A stretch of 64,000 nt of DNA from contig CAVRMN010000043.1 of the NCBI GenBank assembly GCA_963721855.1, positions 2,466 to 66,465 of the forward strand. The letters run 5' to 3'. The translations under genes were made by a program, and so were the position numbers. The notes beneath the pieces were generated by a model that worked only from the letters and a program-made list of their open reading frames with translations, searched no databases and was not told the DNA's origin. Shown here piece by piece: positions 57,455 to 64,000 of this stretch. Within the stretch, counting starts at the first letter, position 1. Every line of letters starts with the position of its first letter. The DNA comes from an uncultured Actinomycetota bacterium. Lineage in GTDB: Bacteria; Actinomycetota; Actinomycetes; Propionibacteriales; Nocardioidaceae.

Positions 57455-57937
57455 TCATGCCGGCGGTTGCCGGCACTCGTCGAGCGGTGGTCGGACGATC
57501 TCGCCCGGTGCCCGCCCTGTGCTGCGTTCGGTGTCCAGCGCATTCTGCAGGATCACCACGGCGGCTGCCTGGTCCACGACCGCGCGCCGCTTCTGTCCCT
57601 TCTTGCCACGTTCGCGGAGCATCGACTCCGCGCTCACCGTGCTGAGCCGCTCGTCGCACAGCCGCACCGGCACCGGTAGTAGTACCCCGGCCAGGGCGGT
57701 TGCGAACTCGCGCACCTTAGCCGCCGCGGGACCCTCCCCACCAGAAAGGCTGCGGGGCAGGCCGACGACCACCTCGACAGCGGCCTCCTCCTCGGCCAGG
57801 GCGCGCAGCCGGGCGAGGTCGCCCTTCCCGCGCGCCACCGTCTCGACCGGGGTCGCGATCAGGCCGGACGGGTCGCTGCGGGCGACGCCGATCCGCACGT
57901 CGCCGACGTCGACCCCCAGCCGGGCGCCGGGGCGCAT
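57455..57937 (-). CDS. ruvX: Holliday junction resolvase-like / pre-16S nuclease
   Basis: LGVDVGDVRIGVA, DERLST and VDQAAAVVILQ motifs. Confidence 0.95.
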   Translation of the reverse strand: MRPGARLGVDVGDVRIGVARSDPSGLIATPVETVARGKGDLARLRALAEEEAAVEVVVGLPRSLSGGEGPAAAKVREFATALAGVLLPVPVRLCDERLSTVSAESMLRERGKKGQKRRAVVDQAAAVVILQNALDTERSTGRAPGEIVRPPLDECRQPPA

Positions 57938-60624
57938 CAGCGGCTGGTCGCGATGCGACCGACCTCGTGCTCCACGTCGAGCAGCGCCTGGTCGACGTGC
58001 GTCACGTCGACGCCGCCGCCCTGCGCGACGTCGTCCTTGCCGCCGCCGGAGCCGCCCAGCGCCGTCGCGGCCGCCTTCACGAGCGCGTTGGCGGAGATGC
58101 CCCAGGCCCGGGCCTCGTCGTTGACCGCGACGACGACCGCAGGCTTGCCGTTGGTGGACCCGATGATGGCGACCACGCTGGGCTTGCCGTGGGGCATGCG
58201 GCCGCGGATGTCGAGCGCCAGCTTGCGTACGTCGCCCGCTCCCGCGCCGTCGACCCGGTGGCCCACGAAGCCGACGCCGTAGACGTCCTTGGCGCCGACC
58301 GCGAGCTCGCCCGCGGCGGCGAGCAGCTGTCCGACGCGGATCCGCTCGATCTCCTTCTCCGCGGTCCGCAGCCGTTCCACGATGTCGTTGACCCGCTCGG
58401 GCAGCTCCTCGGAGCGCACCTTGAGCACCTCGCTGAGCTGCGCGACCAGCACGTGCTCGCGGGCGAGGAACCGGTAGGCGTCGCCGCCCACGAGCGCCTC
58501 GACCCGTCGCACGCCGGAGCCGATCGAGGACTCGCCGAGGAGCTTGATCACCCCGAGCTGCCCGGAGCGGCCGGCGTGCGTCCCGCCGCAGAGCTCCTTG
58601 GCCCAGTCGCCGACCGAGATCACGCGCACCTTGTCGCCGTACTTCTCGCCGAACAGCGCCATCGCGCCGGACTTGCGCGCCTCGTCCTGCGTCATCACCT
58701 CGGCGTGCACGGCGAGGTCCGCGAGGACCAGGTCGTTGACGCGCTCCTCCACGTCGACCATCGCCGACGCGGGCACCGCGCCGGTGGCGGAGAAGTCGAA
58801 CCGGAAGCGGCCCGGCGCGTTCTCCGAACCGGCCTGGGTCGCGGTCTCCCCCAGCGCCTCACGGAACGCCTTGTGCACCATGTGCGTCGCGGTGTGCGCG
58901 CGGCTGATCGACCGGCGACGCTCGACGTCGACCATCGCCTGCGCGTGGGCGCCGACCGTGACCTCGCCCGAGAGCACCTTGGCCTGGTGCACGACCAGGC
59001 CGGTGATCGGCGACTGCACGTCGCGCACCTCCAGCACCGCGCCGTTGGACAGCTCGACGACGCCCTGGTCGGCGAGCTGGCCGCCGCCCTCGGCGTAGAA
59101 CGGCGTCCGGTCGAGGACCAGCTCGACCTCGTCGCCCTCACGCGCCGCGGACACCGGGCCGGAGCCGGACACGAGCCCGCTGACGGTCGCCTCGGAGACC
59201 ACCTCGGTGTAGCCGGTGAACTCGACCGCCCGGCCCAGGGTGTCGGACACCGCGCGGTAGTAGCCCGCGTCGGCGTGCTGGCCCTTCTTGGCCTTCGCGT
59301 CCGCCTTGGCGCGGTCGCGCTGCTCGGTCATGAGCCGGCGGAAGCCCTCCTCGTCGACGGACAGGCCCTGCTCGGACGCCATCTCCAGCGTCAGGTCGAT
59401 CGGGAAGCCGTAGGTGTCGTGCAGGGCGAACGCCTTGGAGCCCGACAGGCTGGGCTCCCCGGCCTTCTTGGCATCCTGCGCGGCCAGGTCGAAGATCGTC
59501 GTCCCGGTCTTCAGCGTCTGCCGGAAGGCGTCCTCCTCGGCGTAGGCGATCGTGCTGATCCGCTCCCAGTCGGACTCGAGCTCGGGGTAGGAGATCCGCA
59601 TCTTGTCGCGGCTGACCGGCAGCAGCTCCGGCAGCGTGCGGTCCTCGACGCCGAGCAGCCGCATGGAGCGGACCGCGCGGCGCAGCAGCCGGCGCAGCAC
59701 GTAGCCCCGCGCCTCGTTGCCCGGCGTGACGCCGTCGGCGATCAGCATCATGCCGCTGCGGACGTGGTCGGCCACGACCCGGAACCGGACGTCGTCCTCG
59801 TGGCCCTGGCTGCCCCCGGCGCCGTACTTCTTGCCGGCCATCTCCGCCGCCCGCTCGATGACCGGGAAGACCTCGTCGATCTCGTAGATGTTGTCCTTGC
59901 CCTGGAGCAGGTAGGCGACCCGCTCCAGGCCCATGCCGGTGTCGATGTTCTTGCTCGGCAGCGGCCCGCGGACGTCGAAGTCCTCCTTGCTGCGGACCGC
60001 GCTGAGCTCCTCCTGCATGAACACCAGGTTCCAGAACTCGAGGTAGCGGTCACCCGCGTCCCAGTCGCGGTCGGCGCCGAACTCGGGGCCCCGGTCGATC
60101 AGGATCTCGCTGCAGGGACCGCCCGGTCCGGGCACGCCCATGCTCCAGTAGTTGTCCTTCTTGCCCAGCCGGATGATCCGGTCGTCGGGGAGCCCCGCGA
60201 CCTTCTTCCAGAAGTGCACCGCCTCGTCGTCGTCCTGGTAGACGCTGGCGTAGAGCTTGGACTCGTCGATCCCGTAGCCGCCGTCGGCCACCGACCGGGT
60301 GACCAGCTCCCAGGCGAGCTCGATGGCGCCCTCCTTGAAGTAGTCGCCGAACGAGAAGTTGCCGTTCATCTGGAAGAACGTGCCGTGCCGGGTGGTCTTG
60401 CCGACCTCCTCGATGTCGAGGGTGCGCACGCACTTCTGCACCGAGACGGCGCGCTTGTACGCCGGCGTCTCCTGGCCGAGGAAGTAGGGCTTGAACGGCA
60501 CCATGCCGGCGTTCACGAACAACAGGTTCGGGTCGTCGAGCAGCAACGATGCCGACGGCACCACCTGGTGTCCTCGCGCCTCGAAGTGCGCGATGAACCG
60601 TCGGCGGACCTCCGCGGTGTCCAT
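57937..60624 (-). CDS. alaS: Alanine-tRNA ligase
   Basis: [33 protein letters not shown] and ELCGGTH motifs. Confidence 0.98.
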   Translation of the reverse strand: MDTAEVRRRFIAHFEARGHQVVPSASLLLDDPNLLFVNAGMVPFKPYFLGQETPAYKRAVSVQKCVRTLDIEEVGKTTRHGTFFQMNGNFSFGDYFKEGAIELAWELVTRSVADGGYGIDESKLYASVYQDDDEAVHFWKKVAGLPDDRIIRLGKKDNYWSMGVPGPGGPCSEILIDRGPEFGADRDWDAGDRYLEFWNLVFMQEELSAVRSKEDFDVRGPLPSKNIDTGMGLERVAYLLQGKDNIYEIDEVFPVIERAAEMAGKKYGAGGSQGHEDDVRFRVVADHVRSGMMLIADGVTPGNEARGYVLRRLLRRAVRSMRLLGVEDRTLPELLPVSRDKMRISYPELESDWERISTIAYAEEDAFRQTLKTGTTIFDLAAQDAKKAGEPSLSGSKAFALHDTYGFPIDLTLEMASEQGLSVDEEGFRRLMTEQRDRAKADAKAKKGQHADAGYYRAVSDTLGRAVEFTGYTEVVSEATVSGLVSGSGPVSAAREGDEVELVLDRTPFYAEGGGQLADQGVVELSNGAVLEVRDVQSPITGLVVHQAKVLSGEVTVGAHAQAMVDVERRRSISRAHTATHMVHKAFREALGETATQAGSENAPGRFRFDFSATGAVPASAMVDVEERVNDLVLADLAVHAEVMTQDEARKSGAMALFGEKYGDKVRVISVGDWAKELCGGTHAGRSGQLGVIKLLGESSIGSGVRRVEALVGGDAYRFLAREHVLVAQLSEVLKVRSEELPERVNDIVERLRTAEKEIERIRVGQLLAAAGELAVGAKDVYGVGFVGHRVDGAGAGDVRKLALDIRGRMPHGKPSVVAIIGSTNGKPAVVVAVNDEARAWGISANALVKAAATALGGSGGGKDDVAQGGGVDVTHVDQALLDVEHEVGRIATSR

Positions 60625-60881
60625 CAGTCGTTGCCCTTTCCGCTCGTGATCTGGTGGGTGGTCGTTCCATGGAGCGCGAGACCGAGCCGGTCGCGCAACT
60701 CGGTTTCCTTCTCGGCCATCCCCGCGCGGACCTCGTCCCCGAAGAGACGGGCACCGACGGAGAGCCCGGCGAGCCGGTCGGCGAGGCCCTCGGGGGTGAG
60801 CGCCTCGGCGGTGCGCCGGGCCTTCACCATCGCATAGACGCCGGCACCGGCACCGGCCACGAACCAGGCCGCCCGGCTCAT
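60624..60881 (-). CDS. Small conserved protein upstream of alaS (DUF6167-like)
   Basis: [25 protein letters not shown]; translationally coupled to alaS. Confidence 0.7.
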   Translation of the reverse strand: MSRAAWFVAGAGAGVYAMVKARRTAEALTPEGLADRLAGLSVGARLFGDEVRAGMAEKETELRDRLGLALHGTTTHQITSGKGND

Positions 60882-60891
60882 CTGCGGCCCC

Positions 60892-61407
60892 TCATGCTGC
60901 GTCCTCGGCGAAGCGGCCCGCCTCCGGCTGCCGGGTCTCGCGCAGGTGCCGGCGGGCCTGCTTCTCGTCGCGCTTGCGCTGCTTGCGGGACCGGCGGACC
61001 TCGCGCTTCATCTCGAAGCCGATGCGGTTGCGGTTCTCCGCGGACAGCGCCCGCCGGACGCCGTACCCGAGGGAGAAGAGCGTCACCAGGGACTCCCCCA
61101 CGGCCAGGGAGGCGAACTGCCTCCCGGTCACCGGGGACGGCGGGCTCGACGCCGGCAGGTCCGCGGGGTCGGGCTCGCCGGCAGTGGTGATGACGTACTC
61201 CGTGGCGTCGGCGACGGGCCGGGGCTCGATCCGCCGGGCCAGCGCGTCGAGGCGCCGCTGCACCGCGGCGAGCTCCTCGCGGGACGCGGCGAGGTCGTCC
61301 TCGAGCCGTCTCCGGCCGCCCAGGGCACGGACCAGGAGCAGGGTGAGAACGAGCAGCACGACGACCGTCGTGGCCGTCGCAAGCGCCATCAGCAGCCCCG
61401 GACTCAT
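60892..61407 (-). CDS. Membrane-anchored hypothetical protein
   Basis: MSPGLLM start, TM helix, coiled coil and GVRRALSAENRNRIGFEMKREVRRSRK. Confidence 0.7.
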   Translation of the reverse strand: MSPGLLMALATATTVVVLLVLTLLLVRALGGRRRLEDDLAASREELAAVQRRLDALARRIEPRPVADATEYVITTAGEPDPADLPASSPPSPVTGRQFASLAVGESLVTLFSLGYGVRRALSAENRNRIGFEMKREVRRSRKQRKRDEKQARRHLRETRQPEAGRFAEDAA

Positions 61408-61418
61408 AGCAGGTGACC

Positions 61419-62798
61419 CTACCCTGAGCGGTCCCGCCGGGAGTCGCGCCCTCGGACCATCTGACGGATGCGCTCCCAGCGCTCCTTGAGCGCCGACTCG
61501 GCACCGAGGGAGGTCGGCCGGTAGTAGGTCGCGTCGGCCACCACGTCGGGGGCGTACTGCTGCTCGGCGATGCCGAACGGCTCGTCGTGGGCGTACTTGT
61601 AGCCCGTGCCGTGGCCGAGCTTCTTGGAGCCGCCGTAGTGGGCGTCGCGCAGGTGGCTCGGCACCGACCCGACCTTGCCCGCGCGGACGTCCGCGGAGGC
61701 GGCGTCGATGGCGGTGATCACGGCGTTCGACTTCGGCGCGAGCGCCAGGGCGATCGTCGCCTGGGCGAGGTTGAGCCGTCCCTCGGGCATGCCGATCAGC
61801 TGCACCGCCTGGGCCGCGGCGACCGCGGTCGTCAGGGCCGTCGGGTCGGCCAGGCCGATGTCCTCGCTGGCCAGGATCACCAGCCGGCGAGCGATGAACC
61901 GTGGGTCCTCCCCTGCCTCGACCATGCGGGCCAGGTAGTGCAGGGCGGCGTCGGCGTCGGAGCCGCGCACCGACTTGATGAACGCGCTGATCACGTCGTA
62001 GTGCTGGTCGCCCTGGCGGTCGTAGCGCACGGCCGCCCGGTCCACGGCCGTCTCGGCGGTGGAGAGGTCGACGGCCTCCTGGCCGGTCGCCACGGCCGCG
62101 CCGGCCGCGGCCTCGAGATAGGTCAGCGCCCGGCGTGCGTCGCCTCCGGCCAGCCGCACCAGGTGCTCGCGGGCGTCTTCCTCGAGGCTCACCTCGCCGC
62201 CGAGGCCGCGTTCGTCGAGGAGCGCGAGCTCGATGACGCCGCGCACGTCGTCGTCGGTCAGCGGCTCGAGGGTCAGGAGCAGCGACCGCGACAGCAGCGG
62301 GGAGATGACCGAGAAGAACGGGTTCTCCGTGGTGGCCGCGACGAGGGTCACCCAGCGGTTCTCCACCCCGGGGAGCAGGGCGTCCTGCTGCGCCTTGGTG
62401 AACCGGTGGACCTCGTCGACGAACAGCACCGTCTCCGGTCCGCCCCGCGTCAGCTGGGCCCGGGCCCCGTCGATCGCGGCCCGCACCTCCTTGACGCCGG
62501 CGGCCACCGCGGACACCTCGACGAAACGTCGGTTGGTCTGCTGCGAAACGATCGAGGCGATCGTGGTCTTGCCGGTGCCGGGTGGCCCCCACAGCAGCAG
62601 CGACATCGGCTGGTCGCCCTCGATGAGCCGGCGCAGCGGCGCCCCGGGGGCCAGCAGGTGCTGCTGGCCCACCAGCTCGTCGAGCGTGCGCGGGCGCATC
62701 CGGACGGCGAGCGGGGCCGAGGCGTGCGTGTTGCCCGCCAGGGTCCCGCCCGATCCGGTCGGTCCGCTGGGCGCACCCATGTCGAAGAGGCTTTCCAC
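61419..62798 (-). CDS. rarA: Replication-associated recombination protein A (MgsA/RarA AAA+)
   Basis: [29 protein letters not shown] and SEDIGLAD motifs. Confidence 0.96.
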   Translation of the reverse strand: MESLFDMGAPSGPTGSGGTLAGNTHASAPLAVRMRPRTLDELVGQQHLLAPGAPLRRLIEGDQPMSLLLWGPPGTGKTTIASIVSQQTNRRFVEVSAVAAGVKEVRAAIDGARAQLTRGGPETVLFVDEVHRFTKAQQDALLPGVENRWVTLVAATTENPFFSVISPLLSRSLLLTLEPLTDDDVRGVIELALLDERGLGGEVSLEEDAREHLVRLAGGDARRALTYLEAAAGAAVATGQEAVDLSTAETAVDRAAVRYDRQGDQHYDVISAFIKSVRGSDADAALHYLARMVEAGEDPRFIARRLVILASEDIGLADPTALTTAVAAAQAVQLIGMPEGRLNLAQATIALALAPKSNAVITAIDAASADVRAGKVGSVPSHLRDAHYGGSKKLGHGTGYKYAHDEPFGIAEQQYAPDVVADATYYRPTSLGAESALKERWERIRQMVRGRDSRRDRSG

Positions 62799-62826
62799 GC
62801 GGGTCAGCCTATGTCGCCGGGGCGGG

Positions 62827-64000
62827 TCACTCCGGGGTGGTGCCGCCCTCGTCCAGCTTCTTCGAGGCGGCCTGGTGCGTGGACAGGTCCGTCCACGTGT
62901 CGGCGAACCCGGCCTTGTTCAGGTCCTCGGTGCTGGGTGTCGCACCGGCGACGGGCGTGCCGTCGTGGTCGACGCCGAGCGCGCTGAGCGTGATCGGGTG
63001 CGGGCTGGGGTTGTCGAACTCGCCGGCGAAGTGGCAGGCGACCTTGTGCGTCTTGCCGATCTGGAGCAGCGGCGGCTCCTGCTTGGCGCAGATGTCCTGC
63101 GCCCGCCAGCACCGCGTGCGGAACCGGCAGCCCGACGGCGGGTTGATCGGGCTGGGCACGTCGCCCTCGAGCGGGATGCGCTCCCGGCGGCCGCCGATCG
63201 CCGCCTGCTTCACGTCGGGCACCGCGGAGAGCAGGGCCTGCGTGTACGGGTGGTGCGGGCGGTTGTAGAGGGTGTCCCGGTCGCCGATCTCGACGATCTT
63301 GCCGAGGTACATCACCGCGATCTCCGGGCAGAAGTGCCGGACCACCGCGAGGTCGTGCGCGATGAACAGGAAGGCGATCCCGAACTCCTTCTGCACGTCG
63401 CTGCAGGAGGTTCACCACCTGCGCCTGGATCGACACGTCGAGGGCGGACACCGGCTCGTCGGCGACCAGGAGCTTCGGCTGCAGGGCGAGCGCGCCGGGC
63501 GATGCCGATGCGCTGGCGCTGCCCGCCGGAGAACTCGTTGGGGTAGCGGTTGTAGTGCTCGGGGTTGAGGCCGACGACCTCGAGGAGCTCCTGGACCCGC
63601 TTCAGCGTCTGCTTCTCAGGCACCATCTTGTGCACCCGCAACGGCGTGCCGACGATCGTCCCGACCGTGTGCCGGGGGTTCAGCGAGCTGTAGGGGTCCT
63701 GGAAGATCATCTGGATCTCGCTGCGCAGCGGGAGCATCTCCTTGTTGGAGAGGGTCCCGATCTCGCGGCCGTCGAACTTCATCGAGCCGGAGGTGGGGTC
63801 GTAGAGCCGGGTGATCAGCCGCCCGGTCGTGGACTTGCCGCAGCCGGACTCCCCCACCAGGCCGAGGGCGCTGCCCCGGCGGACCTGGAAGGAGACGCCG
63901 TCGACGGCCTGCACCTGGCCGATCGTGCGCCGGATCAGACCGGAGGACCGGACCGGGAAGTACTTCCGCAGGTTGGTGACCTCGAGGATGGGCGTGCCCG
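62827..64000 (-). CDS. Oligopeptide/dipeptide ABC transporter ATP-binding subunit (OppF/AppF-like); 5' end outside window; frameshifts near 63490 and 63400
   Basis: [47 protein letters not shown] and GCRFRTRC motifs spread over three frames. Confidence 0.9.

Overview
High-GC actinobacterial chromosome segment, most like Nocardioidaceae (inferred from gene order and protein style). Most of it is conserved housekeeping backbone on the minus strand: oligopeptide ABC ATPase, rarA, alaS-ruvX-mltG-aroE-prepilin peptidase-aroCKB-aroQ, efp-nusB, pyrR-pyrB-pyrC-carAB-pyrD-pyrK-pyrD-like-pyrF, dcp, mihF-gmk-rpoZ-coaBC-metK-priA-def-fmt-rsmB-rpe, an FMN riboswitch with ribD-ribE-ribBA-ribH, and hisE-hisG. 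The first 12.5 kb is a nucleobase-catabolism island: an NCS2 permease, a CoxMSLG-type molybdo-hydroxylase, an amidase, an N-terminally short PucR-family regulator and a divergent allH-allF(fdrA)-allG operon with no carbamate kinase. Notable observations: (1) GTGG-tagged REP-like palindromes inside four protein-coding genes (ribE, pyrC, pyrD, coxG), with a fifth supplying the aroQ stop codon; (2) a class-1B-like dihydroorotate dehydrogenase lacking its catalytic loop, next to an intact class-2 enzyme; (3) PafBC/RecA-NDp-type promoters ahead of a DUF222-HNH gene, a 58-aa DUF222 stump and priA; (4) a structured 470-bp metK-priA spacer. Several small frameshifts in otherwise intact genes suggest sequencing or assembly indels. 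All calls come from reading the sequence and motifs; no searches were run.
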